Below, one piece after another: positions 29,928-38,394 of a stretch of 64,000 bases of DNA; positions within the stretch are counted from its first letter, which is position 1; each line of letters opens with the position of its first letter. This stretch comes from Thermoprotei archaeon (GTDB lineage Archaea; Thermoproteota; Thermoprotei; Thermoproteales; B15-G16): assembly GCA_003649205.1 (NCBI GenBank), contig QMRC01000006.1:13190-77189 (forward strand), in the 5' to 3' direction. The notes below the pieces were generated by a model that saw only the letters and a program-made list of their open reading frames with translations, had not been told where the DNA came from and searched no databases. A program made the position numbers and the translations under genes.

Positions 29928-30487
29928 TCCTCAATCCTCACACTACCTACAGGTCTCAACTCTAAAGCCTTTGGATTAGCTGGACATGAACGTACACAGT
30001 GACCACAGCCAACACAACGACTCTGATCAATTACAGGACCTGAAGAACCTTTGGAAAAAGCGTTGAGAGGACAAACCTCAACACAGACAAAGCATTCACC
30101 ACCTCTAAAGGCAATACACCTCTCTGGAAACCACACAACACTACCCAACTTAACTCTCGAGCTAATCTGCTTGAGAGCACCAGTTGGGCATGCAGAAGTA
30201 CAGGGATATGGAGGAGAACAAACACCAATCGATATACCACAGAAACCTCTAGCTACATCGAGTTTGGGTGTCCTCCATATTTTCAAACCATCTCGTAATG
30301 ACGTGAAGGTCAGGACCCCAGTTCCATACACCTTACAGGCCTCAATGCAGTGGCCACAGCCAATACATAACTTGAGAAATTTATCCTCTACAACAGCGCC
30401 TGGAGGTCTAATGACCGGTTTGCAGGGAAATAGCTTACCAATTGCTCGAACAATCCTGATGAGAACTCTCATAGCTATGGAAGACAT
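29921..30487 (-). CDS. 4Fe-4S ferredoxin-domain protein
   Basis: CIGCGHCIEAC and CVGCGHCVRSCP motifs plus additional Cys clusters. It is translationally coupled to the upstream DUF362 gene. Confidence 0.7.
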   Translation of the reverse strand: MSSIAMRVLIRIVRAIGKLFPCKPVIRPPGAVVEDKFLKLCIGCGHCIEACKVYGTGVLTFTSLRDGLKIWRTPKLDVARGFCGISIGVCSPPYPCTSACPTGALKQISSRVKLGSVVWFPERCIAFRGGECFVCVEVCPLNAFSKGSSGPVIDQSRCVGCGHCVRSCPANPKALELRPVGSVRIEDC

Positions 30488-31413
30488 AGGTCAATTACCT
30501 CGATCTCATCTACATTACATGTACCCACTCCTCTCTCAGCAGCATACTTAATGTGCTTAACCTCTAATGCCTTCTCTAGCGGGTTGGCACATCCCTCTAA
30601 TTCGAAGAGATACGTAGCAGCTATCAAATCTGCCGCAACAGGATCACCAGACACAAAGATAGTATTCGCTTTGACGAGATTACCGTGCTGTGGTCCGTGA
30701 CGTATCATGACTTCAGTAGCATCAATGACGACTAGATCAGGTCTAATAGCTGTATTCAGATCTGCAATGCAGCTACTGAGACCAGCTAAGTGGAAGAGAG
30801 ATTTCTCACTATCCGGTATAGCCCCCATCATGTTCTTCAGCGATATTGTGACTGTTGCCTCGACATGTCTCTTGAGCTTTGGTACTGATATCAGTACGTC
30901 ACAGTCGTAGACCTCCTTATACACTTTAACACTCCTCAACGCACCCCCTCTCGTAGACACCTTAATTGGGTGACCAGATCTCTTCAGGTCAATTAGCTCA
31001 ACACCTAACTCCTTAGCTAGCTCATGGTAACCACATAGCTTGAAACAAAGTGAAGTATCTAGACCACTTACAGCGCTCTCTGCAATGACTATATTAACAT
31101 CGCTAACCTCGCTCTTTATCAACTCAATCAAAGCCCTAACAACTGCTGGATTAGTCACAGCATCCAACTTAGCGAAACCAACATTTGGTTTAATGACAAC
31201 TCTATCACCAGACCTAATTAACTTAGATAAACCACCAAGAACCTCAAAACAGGACCTCAAACCGCTTCTGATATCAGTACTACGGACCTTAGCAACTAGA
31301 ACCCTTCCATCCCTAATGTAGGGATTTAACCTACCTACTCTCGGTGGAAGAACAGTAGACCCACTAACCCTAACGTAATTCAGTACCTTTCTCAGAAAGT
31401 AACCACAACACAC
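30475..31413 (-). CDS. DUF362 domain protein
   Basis: DRVVIKPNVGF.. and a downstream block typical of DUF362. The classic pairing with a ferredoxin gene is present. Confidence 0.65.
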   Translation of the reverse strand: MCCGYFLRKVLNYVRVSGSTVLPPRVGRLNPYIRDGRVLVAKVRSTDIRSGLRSCFEVLGGLSKLIRSGDRVVIKPNVGFAKLDAVTNPAVVRALIELIKSEVSDVNIVIAESAVSGLDTSLCFKLCGYHELAKELGVELIDLKRSGHPIKVSTRGGALRSVKVYKEVYDCDVLISVPKLKRHVEATVTISLKNMMGAIPDSEKSLFHLAGLSSCIADLNTAIRPDLVVIDATEVMIRHGPQHGNLVKANTIFVSGDPVAADLIAATYLFELEGCANPLEKALEVKHIKYAAERGVGTCNVDEIEVIDLCLP

Positions 31414-32233
31414 AACAAAACACCACTCAAAAATGATACAGCACTAACAACTCAATAACTTATCGACTTAGTAAATCAGTAATCAGAGCCCCATATCGAG
31501 AGTAAAACTCAACATACTCATCGAGAGTACGGCAGAATGGCAGCAGTGGCTTCTCAACATAACAGCTATTAAAGCTGTAGACGATACTTAAGGGCATCCA
31601 GATTTAGGACGCAATTCAGACTTAAGGCCGTGAATAAATCCATCAATGACCTTAACACATTCCGTATATGTAGTACATACGCCAAGGCCTTGTCACTACG
31701 TACCCAACCCTCCAATAGTCAGTACCGAAGAACAGAACCCTACCATCAACACCACGAAGCACAGTAACAACAGGAATACCCAACGTAAATTCTTCTGTAA
31801 TCTTGGATGAGGTTCAAGTACTAAGAAAACAGCACAACACCACCAATGTAGGTACCTTAAGCGATTTCAGAATAGACCTTGATTAACGGCACTTACACTA
31901 CGTGAAGACCACGTAATGAGGTCTACACCAAGTTCTTTAGCAATTTTCATAGCACCTAACTCAATAAACTTTAGATACACTCACGTGAAGTACTGATTTG
32001 ACAAGTGGTGACAAGTCTCTACTCTCTGCTAATGTGCTTGAGAATTTTGAGGAGCACTATGAGTAGGATCACTGATCATTAATGTAGTTGGTTTTAGTTT
32101 CCTCATGTACCCTCAATCCGCGAAGGTACGTACTATCGTGCCTATCCTTAGCGTTGCACCATTACCCAATATGAGCGATAACTTAATTTGTAGGATCTCT
32201 AGAGCACGTGTTTTCGTCTATTTAGGGTAGGTA

Positions 32234-33574
32234 GTGCACTTTATGAGATTTGGAGAGAAGCTAGGTGCGCTCTTAATGGTTGAAGCTGCATTTGCTGGAG
32301 CATACGTTAGCATTACTCGTGGTTTCTTCTACTTGATGATGGTTGAACGTGGTTATAGTGTTAGGGATCTAGCTGTAGTTAGCCTAGTGGCTTCACTATC
32401 TATGGTGCTTGTGAGCTACCTACTGTACAGGAGACCTGAGCTACTTGAGAGAAGCGTCAAGGTTAAACTCCTCACCATGCACATACTCGAGAGAATTTTC
32501 TGGTGCATTCTACCATTCATAGTGTTTAGATTTAGCTACATGTTTATCCTCCTAGCTTACTCACTAGCACAGGTCATTACTGTACCTGTGTGCGTGCTGC
32601 TGAATACTGTGTTACTCTCTCAGCTAAGTGAGGACGAGTTCAAGAGCGTTACTGGGTGGAGGAATTCCCTTGGCCTAATCTCGTCATTAAGTGCTCAGCT
32701 ATTGGCGGTCCACGTGTTAGCATCTATGAGGAGTCCAGTACGGTACTACTACCTTTACACAATTGCTCTACTCCTTGGCTTCCTCTCATGGATTCCACTT
32801 ACTATTGCTAGAGTTAGGGACTATGTGAGGAAGGTTAGTGGTTACTCTAGTGAGGAGGTTGAGGTTATTGCTGGTACTACGTTCATATACTTGGTCCTTC
32901 TACTTGGATCAGCTAACATGCTCAGCATCCTCTGGGTACCATATCTGGTGAATGACCTAGGTGCACCGAGCTACCTAGTAGCTATCATGAACGCTGCTGG
33001 TACGATCTCTGGTTCCATATCGTCAGTTCTCTGGATTAGAGTTGTGTACAGGTACTATCTCTGTGGACTAGTTATTGACTCAGCTGTACCAACCTTAGTC
33101 ATGACATTACCACCAATATTCCATCCAGCTCTAGCTGGGCTCTCAGCTTTTGGCTTTACAGCAGGTAACTTCATTGGCTACTTCATGTACTCGAAGATAG
33201 CGGAGAAAAGCGACCCCATAAAGAACTCCACTAGGTTAGCTGCTGCTAATGCACTGGGTCTCCTAATATCATTGATACCAGTTGCTATCTTGAATTTGAG
33301 CGCTAGGGATGGACTAATTCTCTGTAGTTGCTTGAAGGTACTAGCTCTCGTAATTGCTCTGCTGAGTATTAAGGAAGTATCGCCACTTCCTGATCCACGT
33401 ATCAGGACTTATAGTAAGGTAATCTTCGAGACAGGTATGTTCTCATACAGGTTAACGCTCGAATTCACTACTCACTACGTACTATATACCTTGAAGATAG
33501 TAGCTGTTGTCCTTATAATGCTCTTCATGTACTTCATCTACAGGACAGTTACCATACTGATTAGTGGTGCGTAG
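32234..33574 (+). CDS. polytopic membrane protein (MFS-like transporter)
   Basis: 446 aa with about 12 hydrophobic segments in two halves. No strong signature motif. Confidence 0.5.
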   Translation: MHFMRFGEKLGALLMVEAAFAGAYVSITRGFFYLMMVERGYSVRDLAVVSLVASLSMVLVSYLLYRRPELLERSVKVKLLTMHILERIFWCILPFIVFRFSYMFILLAYSLAQVITVPVCVLLNTVLLSQLSEDEFKSVTGWRNSLGLISSLSAQLLAVHVLASMRSPVRYYYLYTIALLLGFLSWIPLTIARVRDYVRKVSGYSSEEVEVIAGTTFIYLVLLLGSANMLSILWVPYLVNDLGAPSYLVAIMNAAGTISGSISSVLWIRVVYRYYLCGLVIDSAVPTLVMTLPPIFHPALAGLSAFGFTAGNFIGYFMYSKIAEKSDPIKNSTRLAAANALGLLISLIPVAILNLSARDGLILCSCLKVLALVIALLSIKEVSPLPDPRIRTYSKVIFETGMFSYRLTLEFTTHYVLYTLKIVAVVLIMLFMYFIYRTVTILISGA

Positions 33575-34235
33575 TATGGAGTTATTGAACATGAGCAATG
33601 GCGAGGTAGCATTTGAGAGAATAATTCAAGCATTTAAGTTGGCACTAAATGAATTGATAGCACTGGTACCTGTAGTACTAGCATCTGTCCTCATAGTTGC
33701 ACTCATGCTAGTAATTGCTAAGTACGTAGGTTCTCTTGTCAAGAGGATACTGAAGGTAGTTGGTCTAGATAGGATACTTGAGAGGTACGTAGGTACACCA
33801 CCGATATCTGTCGAGAACTTCATCGTCGTATTCATACAGCTGGGCTTCGTAATACTTGGCGTAACAATATCCGTGACAGTATTCGCACCTGAGTACCTAG
33901 CTACCTACAACATGTACCTATCCTATATACTGAGGTTGATGTCGGCTGTAGCACTCATAATAATAACGCTCTTCTGGATAGAGGTACTAGTGAATAAGAT
34001 TCGTGGTGAGAGCAAGGTAAAGGCATTTGCCTCACTAATAGCCTTCCTCCTAATACTCACCTTCATAATCGACGTAACAGCACTATCTGAAAGCGTTAAG
34101 TCATCACTCGTATTCGGAATATCCCTTGGACTTGGATTGACAATAGGAGTATTCTCCATATGGTACTTCATGCATGAATACCTTGAGCACTACATCAGCA
34201 GAAAGCATGGAGAGAAAGAGGTCAGACAAGGCTGA
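33564..34235 (+). CDS. membrane protein; its last 5 codons plus stop form attL
   Basis: 223 aa with several TM helices. The 3' end GAG GTC AGA CAA GGC TGA coincides with the 17-bp direct repeat. Confidence 0.5.
   Translation: MVRSMELLNMSNGEVAFERIIQAFKLALNELIALVPVVLASVLIVALMLVIAKYVGSLVKRILKVVGLDRILERYVGTPPISVENFIVVFIQLGFVILGVTISVTVFAPEYLATYNMYLSYILRLMSAVALIIITLFWIEVLVNKIRGESKVKAFASLIAFLLILTFIIDVTALSESVKSSLVFGISLGLGLTIGVFSIWYFMHEYLEHYISRKHGEKEVRQG
34219..34235. repeat. attL: 17-bp direct repeat AGGTCAGACAAGGCTGA
   Basis: An exact copy occurs at 45006-45022. It lies 10 bp upstream of the integrase gene. Confidence 0.75.
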
Positions 34236-34245
34236 TTGAGTTCTC

Positions 34246-35409
34246 ATGGAAGAAATCACACCTGATAGCCCTATCTATCAGGTGAGAATAGGTCTCAATT
34301 CGATGGAGTTGCTGAAGCACTTTGAGAGTTGGTTAATTGCTCAGAACCTGTCCGTGGCTACGGTTAGGTCTCATGTTAGACAGGTTAGGTCTTTCCTCAC
34401 GTGGTTTGGTAGGTCTATCGAGGATTTGAGTAGTTTCGATATTGCGTGTTACCTAGCTGAGTGCCGTAAGCGTGGTCTATCTGAGGCTAGTGTGAATCGC
34501 TATGCTTCTGCTCTCAAGAAATTCCTGAGGTTCCTAGCTAGTTACTTCAGAGCTAGGAGAAGGGTTGAGTTAGCTAATTACTTTGAGCAGGTGTACCGTG
34601 AGGTCAAGGTACCTAAGTACGACCTAGTTGAGGTCAGCATTAAGCGACACATGGAGCCTGATACAGCGAGGAAAGTCATAGACTTAATTCATGACCCCTA
34701 CTGGAAGTGCTTTTTCGCTGTGCTGTATGAGACAGGTCTGAGGTTGAGGGAGCTTAGACAGGTCAAGGTAAGTGATGTTCACGAGAACAAGCACGGGTTC
34801 GAGATAGTTGTCAGAGATAGCAAGACACCTGAGGGAGTTAGGAAAGTGTACGTGGTTGAGTACTATCAGCTACTGAGGTACTACCTAGAGCATGTACGTC
34901 CGAGAGATAGCGAGTGGTTGTTCCCTGCTAGGAGAGACCCAAGGCAACCAATCTCCGAGAAAGCAATCTACAGCTTTCTAAACCGCTTCAGAAAGCGGAC
35001 AGGTATCGTGATTAGTCCACACCGCTTTAGACACGCTAGAGCTACTGAGCTTTACCGCAAGGGAGTATCTGAGCAGTCGTTAATGAGGTTGTTTGGTTGG
35101 AGGACAAGGACAATGATTGATGTCTACAGTAAGCTTTCACAGCGAGATGTGGAGTCTGAGCTACTGAGCAAGGTCTACGGGCTATCCCCTGTAGAGAGTG
35201 AGAGGTCTCAGACTCGTAAGTGCCCGAGGTGTGGTGCTGAGGTAATACCCACAGCTAGGTACTGTCCATACTGTGGTCTAGCCCTAGATATTGCGTCAGT
35301 ATTAGGCAAAGAGGAACAGGTACGGAAATACGCAGAGCTCATTGAAGCACTGCTGAGGTACCTAGAGGAACACCCAGAGTACCTGTCGAAACTATTCTCA
35401 AGGACTTAA
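34246..35409 (+). CDS. int: tyrosine recombinase/integrase with C-terminal zinc ribbon
   Basis: N-terminal SAM-like core-binding domain. Catalytic blocks are ETGLRLRELRQVKVSDV (Arg), HRFRHARATELY (H-x-x-R) and LFGWRTRTMIDVYS (Tyr). The C-terminal tail carries CPRCGAEV..YCPYCG. Confidence 0.9.
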   Translation: MEEITPDSPIYQVRIGLNSMELLKHFESWLIAQNLSVATVRSHVRQVRSFLTWFGRSIEDLSSFDIACYLAECRKRGLSEASVNRYASALKKFLRFLASYFRARRRVELANYFEQVYREVKVPKYDLVEVSIKRHMEPDTARKVIDLIHDPYWKCFFAVLYETGLRLRELRQVKVSDVHENKHGFEIVVRDSKTPEGVRKVYVVEYYQLLRYYLEHVRPRDSEWLFPARRDPRQPISEKAIYSFLNRFRKRTGIVISPHRFRHARATELYRKGVSEQSLMRLFGWRTRTMIDVYSKLSQRDVESELLSKVYGLSPVESERSQTRKCPRCGAEVIPTARYCPYCGLALDIASVLGKEEQVRKYAELIEALLRYLEEHPEYLSKLFSRT

Positions 35410-35562
35410 AAGCGGACATGAAACACAGGCAGAGAACACCAAGACCCGCCCTATAGTCCAGAGGAAATGTTGCCTGAATTCAACAATAGTCTAATATGCG
35501 TATACGTGTGAGTGAACAGCGAGCGAGGTAATACACCACTTGAGGATGAATAGGGGCTCCTC

Positions 35563-35631
35563 GGGGGATGATGAAGGGCTTAGCGGAGCGACCCCGCAAG
35601 GGGGTATGGCTGGACCAGGCTAGCTGACCCC
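35563..35631 (+). ncRNA. GC-rich structured RNA candidate with external C/D-box-like K-turn (element-borne)
   Basis: GGGG-AUGAUGA (C box 35568-35574) ... CUGA (35624-35627)-CCCC terminal stem, with an internal CCCC-GCAA-GGGG tetraloop hairpin (35592-35603). The internal D'/C' boxes are not recognisable. Confidence 0.35.
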
Positions 35632-35753
35632 TACCCCCTCGCCCCGTGATAATGGGTTATTATCACCAATATTTAAGTTTCTATGCAATTACAGTGAAAT
35701 TACCATGGTTACTTTCTCGTGAGGGGGTTTAAGAACCCTTGATACGTCTTTGC

Positions 35754-36101
35754 TTAGCCTTTCTTTCTGATTAGTCCTCCTATTGCTCCTCCTATCATTG
35801 ATAGGAATGCTGAGGCTAGCATCATGAATATTATTGCTAACCCTGCTAACCCACCTGCCCATGCTCCTAGGAATCCAGCTACTGAGAAGCCTAGTACTGT
35901 CAGCACTATTGCTGCTAGTATTCCTCCAATGATTCCACTGAGGAACCCTGCTGCTGCTCCTCTACCTGCTCCTCCTCCAGCTACTAGACCTGCTATGAAG
36001 CCTCCAAGTACTGGTGCGAAGATGTGTAGTATGGGTGAGAGTACGGCTGTAGCTAACATACCTGCAAAGACACCAGCTATGAAACTCAGTACACGACCCA
36101 T
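35754..36101 (-). CDS. Gly/Ala-rich small membrane protein
   Basis: 115 aa with 3-4 TM helices made of G/A/I/L repeats and a basic C-terminus. The opposite-strand ORF is a Pro/Ala shadow. Confidence 0.5.
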   Translation of the reverse strand: MGRVLSFIAGVFAGMLATAVLSPILHIFAPVLGGFIAGLVAGGGAGRGAAAGFLSGIIGGILAAIVLTVLGFSVAGFLGAWAGGLAGLAIIFMMLASAFLSMIGGAIGGLIRKKG

Positions 36102-36371
36102 GTAGGGAAAACCCCGAGGAAACCAGATACAGAGAGGACATAAAGCAGTTCAGAACATAGAGAGCAATGAACCTAGCAACCTCAGAGGACAGAAAACAAG
36201 AACGCTCCTCCGGTCGGTGATGAATACTTGTACTTTTCTCTCGGTGACTTTCCTCAAGGCACTAAATAAGAAATTGCTCTACTCTACAGTGGTATGGATT
36301 CTGAGGATTTTTGGATTGGTTTTCTCCTTGGTTACAGTACTGGTCTTATTCATGCGAAAAACTTAACAACT

Positions 36372-36755
36372 TCAGAACTTGTCTTCAGGCTCATTTCCTG
36401 TTCCTTCATGCTCAGTGAGTTGTTGGGTACTAGACTTAATGAGTTCTTCAGCTCTTTGGAGAAGTTCAGCGACTTCACGACCCTTCTCAGTGAGCTCAAT
36501 GTACCTAAGACCGTGCTTGGTATACGTCCTAACAAGACCGTACTGAAGACAGGTACTGAGGGCTCTGTAAGTACTGACAGGTGAGATACCGTATCTCTGA
36601 AGTTCTCTAATGTGCATAGCTCTACCTGTTTTGTGAAGAATTAGCAGCAATTTAATTCCCGGTCTACCTAAGTCATCAGCTAGAGCTGACATTTTCCTCT
36701 GTCGTTTTCTGGTGATAAACCTAATAACGATATCTTCGAGCATTCGTAACCTCAT
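36372..36755 (-). CDS. winged-helix transcriptional regulator
   Basis: LLLILHKTGRAMHIRELQRYGISPVSTYRALSTCLQYGLVRTY..YIELTEKGREV is a wHTH (ArsR/MarR-like) pattern. It is transcribed divergently from the RHH-led operon. Confidence 0.65.
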   Translation of the reverse strand: MRLRMLEDIVIRFITRKRQRKMSALADDLGRPGIKLLLILHKTGRAMHIRELQRYGISPVSTYRALSTCLQYGLVRTYTKHGLRYIELTEKGREVAELLQRAEELIKSSTQQLTEHEGTGNEPEDKF

Positions 36756-36786
36756 TCTCAGTCTATACCCGATTTAGAGGTATCAC

Positions 36787-36850
36787 GTAATAATATTACA
36801 ACGCTATATCTCGAAACTGATAAATTGTTATAACGTTACAGAGTTGTAAC
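36787..36850. promoter_or_regulatory. divergent promoter/operator region with inverted repeats
   Basis: GTAATAATATTAC (36787-36799), palindrome GTTATAAC (36827-36834) and GTTACA-gagt-TGTAAC (36835-36850). All lie between the wHTH gene and the RHH gene. Confidence 0.4.
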
Positions 36851-36853
36851 AGG

Positions 36854-37051
36854 GTGAGAGAGGTGCCTAAGAGTAAGGTGCCTATGGTCTTGGTTACCTT
36901 CCATATCCCGATACCACTCCTTAGAGAACTTGACAGGTTGGTGGAGGAGGGTAAGTTCCCGAGCAGGAGCGAGGCGATAAGGCACGCAATAATCCAACTC
37001 CTAGCTCGTGAGCGTCAAAGAACACAAATACACGAGGTGTTGGTAGCGTGA
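36854..37051 (+). CDS. ribbon-helix-helix (CopG/Arc-type) DNA-binding protein
   Basis: MVLVTFHIPIPLLRELDRLVEEGKFPSRSEAIRHAI is a textbook RHH pattern. The true start may be the ATG at 36884. Confidence 0.7.
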   Translation: MREVPKSKVPMVLVTFHIPIPLLRELDRLVEEGKFPSRSEAIRHAIIQLLARERQRTQIHEVLVA

Positions 37052-37296
37052 CCATTGTCAACTATGTCGAGGTAATTAGGAACATCATACTCAATGCTTT
37101 GAAGGAGCATGGCTACATTAGTGACCTAGAGCTTGTTAGGGCTGTCAAAGAGGCTACGGGACTCAGCTACGTAGACTTTGCTCCCATTCTTGAGCAGGTA
37201 CTGAGTGAGCTAATGAGGTCTGGCGCAATTAGACGTGTAATGTCAGCAAGCAACCCGAGAAAGGTCGAGCATGGGTGGGAGCTGTGTACACAATAA
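37048..37296 (+). CDS. hypothetical protein (element)
   Basis: 82-aa ORF coupled to the upstream RHH gene by a GTGA overlap. Confidence 0.5.
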   Translation: MTIVNYVEVIRNIILNALKEHGYISDLELVRAVKEATGLSYVDFAPILEQVLSELMRSGAIRRVMSASNPRKVEHGWELCTQ

Positions 37297-37640
37297 AGCC
37301 GAATGGATTCTACCTCAGGTTGGTTTTGGATGCACTGAAGTACTGTGCTAGGACTGAAAGAGGCTCTATTGTGTCTATTTACCCAAAGAAAGTCGCTAAG
37401 TTAAATGGGTACAGTGTTCGTGCATGTGGGAGGTATAGAGATGACAGTGAGGTAGAGAGGTCGCTATCCCCTGCCGAGCTATCTATCATTAGGTACTGGC
37501 TGGATTACCTCTGGGTCAATGGGCTGTGTAGCCGTGAGAAGACTAGTCGTGACAGGTGGAACTACGTATTCCCGAGGGAGAACTTGCCTAAGGCTATCAA
37601 GCTACTTGAGGAGGTGCTCAATGGTGAAGTACAAGATTGA
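37275..37640 (+). CDS. hypothetical protein (element)
   Basis: 121-aa ORF in the co-directional early-gene string. Confidence 0.5.
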   Translation: MGAVYTIKPNGFYLRLVLDALKYCARTERGSIVSIYPKKVAKLNGYSVRACGRYRDDSEVERSLSPAELSIIRYWLDYLWVNGLCSREKTSRDRWNYVFPRENLPKAIKLLEEVLNGEVQD

Positions 37641-37761
37641 GGAGATAGTCAAGGAGTTGAAGGTTGCTCTCAGGGATAGAGAACTCAGAGAAGCATTGCT
37701 GAAGCACTTCTCCAACAACCCAAAGGCTCAAGCAATCATACTACTCCTGTCAGGTGAGTGA
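37621..37761 (+). CDS. small hypothetical protein (element)
   Basis: The ATG at 37621 (MVKYKIEEIVKELKVALRD..) overlaps the previous stop. The longer track ORF from 37519 overlaps the preceding gene extensively. Confidence 0.35.
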   Translation: MVKYKIEEIVKELKVALRDRELREALLKHFSNNPKAQAIILLLSGE

Positions 37762-38000
37762 GCATGATTGAGCTGAGTTTCAAGACGAAGCGGGACTTCG
37801 ATAACTGGGTTAAGGCGCTGTATGACTTCGGTTCGAATCACTGTGTTGAGCCTGTCGTCATCAAGCTAGATGGTAATGACCTCTACGACAGGTACATGGT
37901 CTGCATTGTGTACCATGCTTGGACTGAGGAAGGTGCTTACGCAGTGACCTGTCTAGCCCGCATAGTAGCGATAGTGTACAGGGAAGGTGAGCAGAAGTGA
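37758..38000 (+). CDS. hypothetical protein (element)
   Basis: 80-aa ORF with a 4-bp overlap with each neighbour. Confidence 0.5.
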   Translation: MSMIELSFKTKRDFDNWVKALYDFGSNHCVEPVVIKLDGNDLYDRYMVCIVYHAWTEEGAYAVTCLARIVAIVYREGEQK

Positions 38001-38179
38001 GTCGCTACCACGGGCACAAGGTAACTATCACGATTATTGCGACAACAGGTTCTGGACTACCGACAGGTGAGCGAAAGAGCGATTTCATTAGATTCATGGT
38101 CGAGCAGGTACTGGAACGTGAGCTTTCTAAGAGGCTCCGTGATTTCCGTGTCCTCAAAGTCATGGTGAAGGTGATGTAG
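37997..38179 (+). CDS. hypothetical protein (element)
   Basis: 60-aa ORF with a GTG start overlapping the previous stop. Confidence 0.4.
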   Translation: MSRYHGHKVTITIIATTGSGLPTGERKSDFIRFMVEQVLERELSKRLRDFRVLKVMVKVM

Positions 38180-38258
38180 ATGGTTCCTGCTACTACTACC
38201 TATTCTATTTCTAGTAATTCGTTTAGACAAAATACGCGGGACATTAAACGCGGTTCAG

Positions 38259-38383
38259 ATTGGAACCAATGTTCCCTCTCAGAGGAATCATTGAAACCAA
38301 TCATTGGAATCAATGTCAGTGGTATGATTGGAACCAATGATTGGAACCAATCATTCCACTCGCTTAGTCTCATTGGTTCCAAA
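38259..38383. repeat. iteron-like array of ATTGGAACCAAT half-palindromic 12-mers
   Basis: Copies lie at 38259-38270, 38290-38301 (ATTGAAACCAAT), 38303-38314 (ATTGGAATCAAT), 38327-38338, 38340-38351 and, inverted, 38372-38383 (ATTGGTTCCAAa). The region has no convincing ORF. Confidence 0.7.
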
Positions 38384-38394
38384 AACGGAGAGAG

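Noticed and set aside
35824-36105. 93-aa plus-strand Pro/Ala-rich ORF.
   Set aside because: It is a shadow of the Gly/Ala-rich membrane protein on the minus strand (GGN/GCN codons read in reverse). The minus-strand product has a coherent TM topology.
36217-36265. C/D-box-like arrangement inside the element: GUGAUGA-12-UUCU-CUC-GGUGACU-12-CUAA.
   Set aside because: The spacing is canonical, but the D box reads CUAA. That loses the GA needed for the K-turn, and the D'/C' boxes are poor. At best it is a decayed sRNA copy, and it is not reportable as a gene.
36294-36584. 96-aa plus-strand ORF and 61-aa minus ORF overlapping the wHTH regulator gene.
   Set aside because: They overlap a gene with a clear winged-helix signature and have no features of their own.
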